DNA of 62,962 nucleotides, the filler included, from Octopus bimaculoides (Eukaryota): the NCBI RefSeq assembly GCF_001194135.2. It is 3 parts of 3 records of this genome, joined end to end, with 100 filler letters (N's around TTAATTAATTAA, not from the genome) between each part and the next. Parts side by side here need not be neighbours in the genome. Positions count along the whole stretch, not along the records: positions 47,275 to 62,962 come from NC_068983.1; 2 more parts are not named here. One strand, given 5' to 3'. Every line of letters begins with the position of its first letter. Positions within the stretch are counted from its first letter, which is position 1. This document shows positions 49,425-60,459 of the stretch, piece by piece. A program made the position numbers and the translations under genes. The notes beneath the pieces are model-generated. The model saw only the letters and a program-made list of their open reading frames with translations, was not told where the DNA came from and made no database searches.

Positions 49425-50418
49425 CATATACACGGTAATGCAAACAGGAAAAATAGAACTCCAAATATATGTGTATATTTTTATTAATATTTAGCAGAAG
49501 TAACAGAGTGACTCAAACAGATATATATATACATATATATAAACATAGCTCTACAATAAGTTACAGGTAAATGCAAACCATTATGACATTTAGCATATAT
49601 AGTTTACTATATAATTCCATAGTGAATGTAGTGAATGTTATAATGCAGATTAATGTAGATAGTAAACTATTTGGAAGAGGTGTCTACAGCCAGATTGAAT
49701 TCAGTTTTAGCTATTTTACTTACACCATTAATACTATTAAGAAATGCTCGAAAAAGTTAATAATCTAATTTCTCCCTTTCCAAAAACAATAGATCTGATC
49801 ACAAGAAAAAAAAAAGTGAAGACACAGTAAAATCTAAATTCAGCAGAGGTCCAGGTATGGCTGTGTGGTTAAGAAGCTTGCCCTGCAACAATGTTATTTT
49901 GGGTTCAGTCCCACAGTGCGGTTCCTTGGGCAAGTGTTTTCTACAATAGCTCTGGGTTGAGCAATGCATTGTGTGCAGATTTCACAGACAAATAGTGTGG
50001 AAGCTCGTTCTGTGTATATATGTGCATGTATATAAATATATATACATACACACACATATATTGGTCAGTTGTCCATAAGTCAGGAAAAAGTACACTCTTA
50101 AAAGAAATTTTGACCTATTATATTTTATGTAGTCAAGTAGTACATCCTTACTTATGGCATATAACTGGTCAGAAAGTTACCATTGGTTTCATGTCTACTA
50201 TTGCACTTTGCAATATAGACTTTCTGAACATTTACATGCCATAACCAAGAATATACTTCTCCACGCACACACACACATGTGCATGCATGCACTATGTGTA
50301 TGTTTGTGTATAAAGATGCAAATATTTGTGTGTATGTAGGCTATAGTAGGTTTTGAACTCAGAACATAAAGAGTCAGAATGAATATTTTAATGCATTTAG
50401 TCTAACCCTTTAATATCA

Positions 50419-50960
50419 TAATCCTCGTTTAACGTCCACTTTCCATGCTGGCATGGGTTGGATGGTTTGACTGAGGACTGGCAAGCTAGATGGCTGCACC
50501 ATGCTCCAATTTGATCTGGCAGAGTTTCTACAGCTGGATGCCCTTCCTAACGCTAGTCATTTCGAGAGTGTAGTGGGTGTTTTTACATGCCACCAGCACA
50601 AGGGCCAGTAGGGCGGTACTGGCAATGGCCACACTCAAATGGTGTTTTTATGTGCCACCTGCACAGGAGCCAGTCCAGCGGCACTGGCAACGATCTCGCT
50701 CGAATGTTGTGTTTCACGTGCCAGTAAGGCGATACTGGTAATAATCACGCTCGAATGGTGCATTTTACATGCTACTGGCACGGGAGCCAGTCAGCGGCCC
50801 TGGCAATGATCACGCTTGGATGGTGCTCTTAGCGTTTCACTAGTATAAATGCCAGTCATGCGGTGCTGTCATCGAATTTGATTTTGATTTCACTTGCCTC
50901 AACAGGTCTTCGCAAGCAGAGTTTAGTGTCCAATGAAGGAAAGGTACACATTGCATTGGT
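50419..50960 (-). mobile_element. Long family A / RTE 3' UTR copy with four hairpin units
   Basis: Tail, array and a segment homologous to 54410-54440. Confidence 0.85.
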
Positions 50961-51430
50961 ACTTTCTTTTTAATGCCTCTGAAACAATGAAGGATCAAGT
51001 TAACCTCAGTAGGATTAAAACCACAGAGAGCTGGAACAAATACTACAAGACATTTTATCCAATACCCTAGCAACTCTGCCAATCAATGCTAGCTCATAAT
51101 TAAAAGTCAAGTAATTAACAGTGTTTATCACATTGGTGTATGTGATAAATAAATGCTTCTCCTTGCCCAAGATATGTGGTGCATTGTTGTACTTGAAAAT
51201 ACCCACCCACCACAACAGAACTTAGATCTTAAAACCAAGGTGCCATGTAAGAAGCATTGGTATGGGTGCTGGTGCCACATATAAAACACTGGTGCAGCTC
51301 ACTGTTATATAATTACTATATAACCAATGAATATTCTTTTATTGAATGTCATGACTGGGTTTAACTCAAACATTGGTGTAGTTTGAACAGACCTATTTAA
51401 ACTTTGACAACAATTCTGACTGTCTTGGTT

Positions 51431-51448
51431 TCATTTTGTTTCAATATT
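51431..51448 (-). CDS. Candidate terminal coding exon of minus-strand gene (NIETK*)
   Basis: Acceptor ctctccatttttag, phase-0 compatible, TGA at 51433-51431, AATAAA on - at 51343-51338. Could be a chance or alternative exon. Confidence 0.35.
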   Translation of the reverse strand, partial: NIETK

Positions 51449-52034
51449 CTAAAAATGGAGAGTAGAAAGCACAGTAGAACAGAGGTAATTGAACCAGTTT
51501 TAATTATCAATTATGGCTATTCTATTTCACGTATATCACTAGTATGCATGAATGTCACAGAATCTAATTTGGATATGTTTTAAATACGAATGAACTATCT
51601 AAGATGACTGAAGGAATAAGGAAGATTACTGCAAATGTTAACCTATACCAAAATGATTAATGAAAGAATGATGACTCTGCAGTGGAGGTGTACATTACAA
51701 GGAGCATGCACAATTTATTATCAACAAGGCTGGCTCTAGGTATTATGGGGTCCAATTAGAGAAATGTCAATGGGAGCTTCTACTCTACAAAAGATGAAGA
51801 TTAATGTCTTATGCTTTGTGTAGTGCATCAGTTCCAGCATTAGCCACAATGATATGCAAAAATTTCATCATAGTGTCCTCCTCTCGAGTGTGTGCATGGG
51901 GCCCAATTTGAACAAATCTATCTTACTGGTTAAAATCAGCCCTGATTATCAATTAATCCTTTACTTTCCTGGTTGCAGTTAAAATAGCATAGAAAGATTC
52001 CCCAATACATACTGGGATGTATTTGACTAGTCCA

Positions 52035-52179
52035 CTGTGTGGTAAGAGGCTTGCTTCCCAACCACATGGTTCTGGGTTCTGTCACTGCATGGCACCTTAG
52101 GCAAGTGTCTTCTACTATAACCTTTGGCTGACCAAAGCCTTATGAGTGGTTTTGGTAGACAGAAACTGAAAGAAGCTAG

Positions 52180-52219
<40 letters not shown>

Positions 52220-52420
52220 ATCCCCCTATCACCACTTAACAACCAGTGGTTGGTGTGTTTACATTCCTGTAATCAAGTGGTTCAGCAAAAGAGAGTGACA
52301 GAATAAGTACTAGGCTTAAAAAAATAAGTCTTAGGGTCAATTCATTTGATTAAAACTCTTCAGGGCAGTACTCCAGCATGGCCATAATCAACTGACTGAA
52401 ACAAATTAAAGAATATAAAA
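52035..52420 (+). mobile_element. Composite SINE: family B + (GT)n + family D
   Basis: Same architecture on - at 1960-2310, 14962-15327 and 57185-57620; D alone at 20855-21045. Confidence 0.75.
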
Positions 52421-52506
52421 TAACAATTAAACAAACAATGGTACCATCAATCATTGTCAATGTAAAAGAATAAAAATGCTTCAAATGTCATTTCAGTAAC
52501 ACTTAC

Positions 52507-52570
52507 CTGCTCCTTTTGATAAAGCTGATTATGAAAGCTTTTCATCATATTTTCATAATAATTGGTGTAA
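52507..52570 (-). CDS. Internal exon of minus-strand gene, phase 2 to 0
   Basis: ttttgttttgcag|T...CAG|gtaagt; (S)YTNYYENMMKSFHNQLYQKEQ. Confidence 0.85.
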
Positions 52571-53194
52571 CTGCAAAACAAAAGATTATTTCATTGACAT
52601 CTGATTGTATCTGTGACTCTCATTAGCAAGTAATGAATGAAAGATGATGTTGAAAATGATAATGATGGTAATGGTTGTAGTGGGAGAGATGATGGTGAAG
52701 AGGATGATGACAACTATGGCAATGACACTACTACTGATAACTACAATGATGGTCTTATATCCTTCTTGGATATATGAATTTCACAAAGCAGGGATAGACA
52801 GAACTATCTTCAAATGACGTACTTCGAAATACTCCACTAAACACGATACTCCAATAAATACAAACTCTCAACAATCTCAACGACTTTCTACGACTTCTAT
52901 GTACTCTCAACAATTCCTATGACCTCTCTCTCATATCAACCAATATGCTACTTTTTATAAGAGTTCGGCTAGTCCATTCTTCTAATCCTACAGGGGTGTC
53001 AATGATTCTCGCCACAACAGCTGGTTATTTATTTATGATATATTTTCACCCTCTAAATTGACTTCTTATAAGTAGAGATAAAAGGAAATTTAATGCTCTA
53101 CTCAGGCCACAAAATGTGTCTCCCTTTTTCCAGGAGGAAAGCTATTTATCTATTTAAGATACTGCAACTTTTCATTATTATCAATAGTTTTTTT

Positions 53195-53636
53195 TAAGGT
53201 GGTGAGCTAGCAGAATCGTAAGGACAAATTGCTTAGTGGTATTTCACCCATTGTTACATTTTGAGTTCAAATTCTACCGAGGTCGACTTTGCTTTTCATC
53301 CTTTCAGGGTTGATAAATTAAGTACCAGTGAAACAGTGGGGTTGATGTAATCGACTTATCCCCTCCCACCAAAATGACTGCCCTTGTGACAAAATTTGAA
53401 ACCATTATTATCAATAGTTTTAAGGCAGTGAGCTGGTAGAATCGTTAGCATGCTGGGCAAAATGCTTAGTGGTATTTTGTTTGTCGCTACGTTCTGAGTT
53501 CAAATTCCACCGAGGTCAACTTTGCCTTTCATCCTTTTGAGTTCAGATAAATTAAGTACCAGTGAAACACTAGGATCAATGTAACTGACTAGTCCACTCT
53601 TGCCAAACTTCAGGCCGTGTGCTTATGGGAGAAAGG
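53195..53636 (+). mobile_element. Two tandem family C tRNA-derived SINEs
   Basis: GAGCTGGCAGAATCGTTAGC head and GACTTTGCCTTTCATCCTTT centre. Other copies: 9680-9830, 12033-12107, 20090-20680 (three), 24085-24530 (two), 31350-31480, 47311-47510, 48183-48365, 48530-48735. Confidence 0.85.
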
Positions 53637-53849
53637 ATTATTATCAATAGTCTTAGATAATCAGTCAGAAACAGTAATCAAATTTGCTTTAGTCTGCAGT
53701 TTTTTTATTTTTCACTAGTTTTAGATCTGAAAATATTAAATAATTCAAATATATTAAAATATCAAAGAAAAAATGTCAAAAAATTATAATCTGATTAATA
53801 ATGACTCATTTTAGACATTTAACCAATTTTCATAATTTTGCCAGGGTGG

Positions 53850-54958
53850 CAAGCTAGAGGTAGTAGATAGCTTCCATTATCTAGGTGACCAAGTTAGTAG
53901 TGGATGCTCCGAGAGCATAGCTGCTAGAATAAGAATAGCCTGGGCAAAGTTTAGAGAGTTCCTATCCCTGCTGGCAACAAAAGACCTCTCTCTCAGAGTG
54001 AAAGGCAAATTGTTTGATGCCTGTGTGTGAACAGTCATGCTACATGGCAATGAAACAGGCTATGACAGCCAAGGACATGCATAGGCTTGAAAGAAATGAA
54101 GCCAGTATACTTTACTGGATATGCAATGTCAGTGTGCATGTTCGACAGAGTGTAAGCATTTTGAGAGGAAAGTTAGGCATAAGAGACATCAGATGTGGTG
54201 TGCAGGAGAGACAAGTACACTGGTATGGTCATGTGATGTGTATGGACGAGGACAGCTGTGTAAAGAAGTGCCGATCTCTAATTTTGGAGGAACCTGTGGC
54301 AGATGTAACCCTGGAAGACATGGGATGAGGTAGTGAAAACAATCTTCGAACTTTGAGCCTCACAGAGGCAGTAACTAGTGACCAAGACCTTTGGCGATGT
54401 GCTGTGCTTCAGAGGACCTGTCAAACCAAGTGAAATCATAGTTGTGTTAACTGGCATCTGTGCTGGTGGCACATAAAGAACACTTTTCAAGCATTCTGCC
54501 TCACGGAGGCAAAGTAGATGAGTTCCTTTTGCCTCATGGAGGCAAAATGGCTGAGTTCCTCTTGAGTGTTCCTCATGGAGGTAAAGTAGTTGAGTTCCTT
54601 TCAAGTGTGGGCCTCACGGAGGCAATGACTCAGACCTTTGGCATTATGTTGTGGTTGAGAAGATCCATCAAGCTGAGCAAAATCACAGTCATGGCAGATA
54701 CTGGTGTCATGCAAACAGCACCCATACCAGTGGCACGTAAAAGCACTCCGGTGTCATGCATATAGCACCCATGCCGGTGGCACATAAAATTTCCCATTAC
54801 ACTCTCAGGGTGGTTGGCATTAGGAAGGGCATCCAGCCGTAGAAAACTATGCCAAATCAGACTGGAGTCTGTGCAGCCTTTCAGCATGCCAGCCCTCTTA
54901 AACTGTCCAACCCATGCCAGCATGGACAAAGACGTTAAATGATGATAATGATGATGAC
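53850..54958 (+). mobile_element. RTE LINE 3' end with 3' UTR and (GAT)n tail
   Basis: RIRIAWAKFRE, WYGHVMCM; the UTR ends in GGAAGGGCATCCAG...GTTAAATGATGAT, the same tail as the dispersed SINE-like family A. Confidence 0.85.
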
Positions 54959-54984
54959 TTTTCTGAAGTAACAACACAGAGTAA

Positions 54985-55277
54985 GGAATAAAAGGAATAA
55001 GGAATGGAGACCCCCTTCAGTCATAAATGTCTATGGGATTGTGCCTAGAAAGTTACTCTCTGGGGCACAAGTCCAGGCAAGATTGTTTATGGAAGACCAG
55101 CAGTCGCCCATGCAAATTAGTGATATCACAACTCATTTCTACAGCTGAGTGAAATGGAGCAATGTGAAATAAAGTGTCTTGCTCAAGAACACAACACACA
55201 TCCCAGTCTGGGAATCAAACTCACTACCTCATGATTGTGAGCCCAATGCTCTAACCACTGAGCCATGCACCTTCACA
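54985..55277 (-). mobile_element. tRNA-derived SINE with V-domain-like centre
   Basis: TGGCTCAGTGGTTAGAGC A box; CTTGAGCAAGACACTT...CACTCAGCTG; related copy at ~15400-15570. Confidence 0.6.
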
Positions 55278-55482
55278 ACAATACACAGTGGCAAAAGTGA
55301 TGATGTATGATAATGTATGATGATGGTTGGTGGTAAAAAGGATGGAAATACTGATTGGAAGACGATGAAAAGAAAGATAATGACTAAGATGACAACAACA
55401 GTGAATAAAATAAGGATGATTGTGATGATAACGATGATACTGTGAGTAATGATAATGGTGGTGGTTATAATGGAAGTAGTAC

Positions 55483-55664
55483 CTTTCATATGCTAATTTC
55501 TCTCTTGCAACTACACTTTGTGCAAGATTCTGTAAAGCTGCATTGAGGTGAGAGTGGGAAAATGTCATAGTTGTAGGTGTAACAGATACTGGTTCGGACA
55601 GCAACAGGGCCCTAAAATTACTCATTATATTGGGACAATGCAACTGGACAATGCCTTTTGTTTT
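55483..55664 (-). CDS. Internal exon of minus-strand gene, phase 0 to 2
   Basis: cctttcatttcag|AAA...GAAAG|gtacta; 60 codons KTKGIVQLHCPNIMSNFRALLLSEPVSVTPTTMTFSHSHLNAALQNLAQSVVAREKLAYE + AG; phases chain with both neighbours. Confidence 0.85.
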
Positions 55665-56439
55665 CTGAAATGAAAGGAAGACCAGATAAGGTAGTTAATA
55701 TTTCAGAAATAATTTTAAGGTAAATGAAATAAGTTACTGATTTTGATCTGTAGCATTCTTTTAGTGGAAAGTTAACCTTTCTTGTCTTTTTAAGTGTATA
55801 ACACCTAGTCATCCAAACTTCTAGAATTAGCAGGCAAATACACACTAATTACAGCATTGCATTTCTAAGGCAAACAGTCCTCTAATTCTCTTCTGACCAC
55901 CCACCCACCATCGTTATCTATGAGTGGTAGTAGAAGAGAGGAAGTTACACTTAGAGTAGATTCTACTCTAGCCAGTTATTGAATTAACTAGAATATTCAT
56001 TAAAAAATATCCATCCATCCATTTTCACCACCCACAATTCTTGGGAGGGTTGTTCAGATAAACAACCAACATCACAATGTCCTGCTGGATTTCCAAGTAC
56101 CATCAAGTGAGATTATGGTTAATTATATGACCATTGCAGTCTTGGCCCACCCTTACATCACCTGTAAGTTAGCTTGGCTAAGAGAATCAATCTTTCTATC
56201 TTTTCCTGCAGCATTCTATCTATTGTGTTTGTAGAACTGAAGCTGTGATCATTCAATGTGGAGAAATAGCAACTTGACCTGGACTGACTCCCTGATCTCT
56301 CAGCAATGAACCCTGTCAAGTAACATTATTCCAGACATCCTTGAGAAGAACCCCAATTCAGCTGCTTGTGCTCACAATCATACTCTTTTGGTTATTACCC
56401 AATACTCTCGACCAGGCACGGAAATCAATTATTGCAGAG

Positions 56440-57040
56440 AATTAGTATTATTATGGCCAGGTTCCAACTTGGGCTGCAGCAACAAAGTCCACCCACCACA
56501 CTTCTGAGTCCAACATCACTGCCTCATGGTCATGGATACATTCCAGGCCAGTGTCTGCAATCAAGTTGTCAATGTAAGTGTGATGATATCTTATTTTTCT
56601 TACAACACCACAAAGTGGATTCCACAAGACTAATTTGGATGCTTCCAGTTCAGGGTGGCACACACAGTGACCAGATAGTTGCAGCCATCTTTGCCTGATC
56701 TTCTTGCTAATTTTTGGTGTGTCTCCATAAAGGCATTCATTTGTCATATGTTGCTGCCATTTCACATTTAGGATCATTCATAGCATACTTGTGTAGCATC
56801 CATTTAACCTGTTTGATAATTTCTGTGTCAATGTCCATGTTTCACTGCCATATAATAGCACTGATTTGACAGTTGCAATGAACAGCTTGATTTTGATTTG
56901 CCTGGGCAATTTGGAGTTCCAGACCTTCTTTATTTTGTGACAGGCTGTCCATGCTTGTGCCTCCCTGAGTTTGATGTCTACTTCCGAACTGCTCACCCAA
57001 ATACCTAAGTTTTAGGTTCCAAATTGAACATTGCTGAAGA
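56440..57040 (-). mobile_element. RTEX-like LINE C-terminal fragment
   Basis: LFIATVKSVLLYGSETWTLT...LSGHCVCHPEL...LVLWNP. Confidence 0.8.
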
Positions 57041-57704
57041 CTTCAAGCAAAGAATGAAAACTTGATAGAAACAGCATCTTCATTGTTTACATCTTTCCTC
57101 AGTTCTGGCATAGGCTGGATGGGACTTTTTGAGGTAATGTTTTTCATCCAGATGTTCTTCTAGTGCCATCTCTTTTAGTCACTTCTTATAATGCACATGG
57201 ATATTTTCTTTTACCTTTTAATTGTTTCAAGTCATTGGGCAACAACTATACTGGGGGAATTGCCTTGAAGGGGGTTTTAGTAGAACAGATTGACCCCAGT
57301 ACTTACTTTTTAAGTCTGTACTTACTTATTCTATCAGTTTCTTTTGAGAACTGCTCAAAGTCACAGAGATGTAAGCAAACCAACACCAATTATCAAGCAC
57401 AAGGAGCAGCAAACACAAACAAAAAAAAGCATGCATGCGCGTGCACACACACACACACACAGAGGACTGGCTTCTACACAGTTTCTGTCTACCAAATTTA
57501 CCCACAAAGCATTGGTTGGCCTAGGGAAATAGTAGGAGACACTTGTCCAAGGTGCTGGAAAGTAGGATTGAATCCAAAACCATATGGTTGCAAAGTGAGC
57601 CTCTTAACCACACAGCCATTTCTGCATATCTATTCCAGAAAAAAATATATATACCCAGGCTTTATAAATATATTAGTAACACATTTTGAAGAAAGATACT
57701 TTAA

Positions 57705-57924
57705 CCCTTTCATTACCAACCCGGCTGAAACCAGCTCTGGTTCTGAGTACAAATGTTCTGTTTTCAAAAGTTTTGAATTAAAATCTTCCACCAAACCTTA
57801 GTCACAATTTATGTTCCTAACACTAGCTGAATGATAACTAAGTTATTTTACTAAATTCTTTGTTATATTTAAAGTAATTGAAAGAAACACAGAGCATCAC
57901 AAAATAAATACAGTAACGAAAGGG
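57705..57924. mobile_element. piggyBac-type MITE family 2
   Basis: TTAA-CCCTTTCATTAC...GTAACGAAAGGG-TTAA; different interior; a fragment of the same interior lies at ~1722-1815. Confidence 0.8.
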
Positions 57925-58229
57925 TTAAGCGGTGAGAGAAGTGTGAAATCAGAGGTCTAAAAACATGTTGCTTGTAAAGATAAAAACAAAATACTATCTA
58001 CTTACACGTCTTCTCCATAAATCAGTAGGTAGTACAATTTCTTCACGGGCTCGCTCAGCAATGGCTAAGGAAAGATCCTTATTTATTTCTTTGATGGTTT
58101 TTTTTATCATGTGACACTCAAAGCTTTCTAACAGTTTCACAAGCTAAAAGAACAATTAACAAAATAATTAACATAAAAAAATCCCCAACATTTATAAAAT
58201 TTATAAAACATTTATAATCCCCAACATTT

Positions 58230-59060
58230 ATAAAACACTGAGTACAATGTTTGGAGTTTATACCTACTCTTTTTCTGCATATCAAGCAGGGCCGTTTCCC
58301 TGAAGATACAGAAGTCCTCCCATGTTTCCTATTTACTAAAACCTTCACCTTCATTAAATTTACTTCGAGGCCTCTCAATTCTAGGTTTAGTTTCCATGCT
58401 TTGAATTTCTTCTCTAATTTTTGTATACATTCAGCTAAGAGAACTAAATCATCAGCATATAGGAGTTCTCATGGACAACAGTCTGAAACTCATCTGTGAT
58501 GGCTTTCAGAATGAATAGGAGAAGACTGAGGACTGAATCTTGGTGGACTCCTACCTTCAGGCTAGATTCATCATTGAAAGCATTGTTGATTCTCACTATA
58601 TTTATTGCATCTTCATACATAGCTTGTACAGTCCTCATAAGCCATTCATCTACACCTAGTTTTTTAGTGATCACCAAATTACTGATTGTGGTACTCTGTC
58701 AAACATCTCCAAATCAACATAGCCAGGAACAGTGGTTTGTTCTTAGCCAAGTAATTCTCCTTCAGCTGCCTCACTAGGAGGATTGCATCCATGGTACCTC
58801 TTCTAAGTCCAAAGCCAAACTGCATCTCATCTAGATCTACTCTGTCAGAGATCATCTGTGCTACGACTCTTTCCTCGATCTTCAGAACTTGAACCAGTAG
58901 CCTTATAATTTCCTCTCTCTAAGGCATTTCCTTTACTTTTGTAATAGTTTATGATGATACTGCTATACCATTCATTGGGTAAGACCCTTCCCTGTATAGT
59001 TTAACTATCTAAGGGGATAATCACATATTCTACCTCACCAGGTATTTTGAGCTATGAGAA
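58230..59060 (-). mobile_element. RTE LINE RT fragment
   Basis: EMQFG, KVGVHQDSVLSLLLF, YADD region, GLEVN, CLICRK...CTQC. Confidence 0.85.
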
Positions 59061-59901
59061 GGAAAACAAATTATAATTTCTAGTAATTTTAGCATTTTAG
59101 CTCTTATCATTCTCTGTTTTATTCATTCTGCTGCAAGGGAAACAGAAGAGGAAATAGCTCTTGCTCAGAAGTCAGTGAAAGACAAGTGATTAAATACATG
59201 CACAATGCTATGAGGATGACACTTTTTACACTTGGTCATTGATTTTTATTATTTCTTCAACAAAGTAAAGACCAGGTTCATCATTATTACAGGTCTACTC
59301 TCATTACCATTTCCATCATCATTTTATTTACTTCAAACAAGTTTGATTATCATCACCATCAGCTGGTCAGGTGATTTGCTTGGACTAATAAGTAATACTG
59401 ATCTTTCAATAGCTTGATATCTCATCTGCACAACTACAGATGATAGTAAAAGTTTGCTAATTGAACTGGTTGATTCTGGCCATTGACAGTTTGTTGACTG
59501 TTCATCCACTCAGTATCTAGTGATATTCACCATTTAGTGAAGTTCATCTGTCAACATAGTTCAAATCCACCATGTTGCATTCCATGATTTCAGAGTAACC
59601 CTGGCTTAGTTAATTGCTATATACTTTCAAAAATCTGTGTTACAAAAATAATCCTTTACTTGAAAAGTAGGGAAGGTGAGCAACAGAAAGAGCATCCAGT
59701 TGTAAAACACTGCCTCAAATAAATGGATTCCAACAGGGCCCAGTGATAGATTTAATTTAAAAGAGTATTTATCACAAACGTCATCATCAGTGATCATGGA
59801 GGCATTTAACATCCATGTTCCATGCAGACATGGAAACAGGCTTTCAATAAAGCAGAAACATACAAGGTAATTAGAAGCAAAATAAGACTAATAATACTCA
59901 C

Positions 59902-60049
59902 TTGGTTGCCTTTTACATCAAAGTCAGAAATTGATGGTGGAGTGACTAAAGGGTCTAGAACATTTGCAAATCCTACAACTGATGTTGTCTGATACTTCTG
60001 ATCTAAATTCTGAAGAACTGGGAAGAGGATTTTTTTCCGATATATTTTA
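59902..60049 (-). CDS. Internal exon of minus-strand gene (tentatively CCDC162-like), phase 2 to 0
   Basis: tttttcag|T...CAA|gtgagt; only one open frame: KIYRKKILFPVLQNLDQKYQTTSVVGFANVLDPLVTPPSISDFDVKGNQ. Confidence 0.8.
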
Positions 60050-60171
60050 CTGAAAAATCCAATAATGAAATTTATTCATTTATTCATTCATTTATCTAAT
60101 TTTGTCACAGTTTGGCTGACAGAATACTGTTGGCTATAGTTCTAGTTAAGAATGCAAATGTCTAATTCTAT

Positions 60172-60224
<53 letters not shown>

Positions 60225-60459
60225 CATTATTATTATTATTGTTATTCTTTCACACCAGCAGCCAGAGTGTTTGCTGTTTCATGGTGCGCCCACCCATCCC
60301 ACCGCCACCAGCTATACTAGAACTCTTTATCCTCTAAACTCTATTGGATGTCTTTCCCCTGAACACCCCCAACAGCTTAAATGCTCCCCCATCCCTACTT
60401 AGTGTTTATCTCCTATGGAATGAAGTGATTATGTAGCGCATAAAATGATGATGTAGTGT

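Noticed and set aside
50600-50830. CRISPR-like repeat/spacer look of the hairpin arrays
   Set aside because: Spacers are homologous to each other, the arrays sit in retroelement tails, and there are no cas genes in a eukaryotic context.
52810-53010. Possible further Penelope tail (AACAGCTGG)
   Set aside because: No CUGANGA box or stem II is recoverable.
59039-59130. Strong acceptor/donor pair on the minus strand
   Set aside because: Stops in all three frames, and the donor falls within RTE coding sequence.
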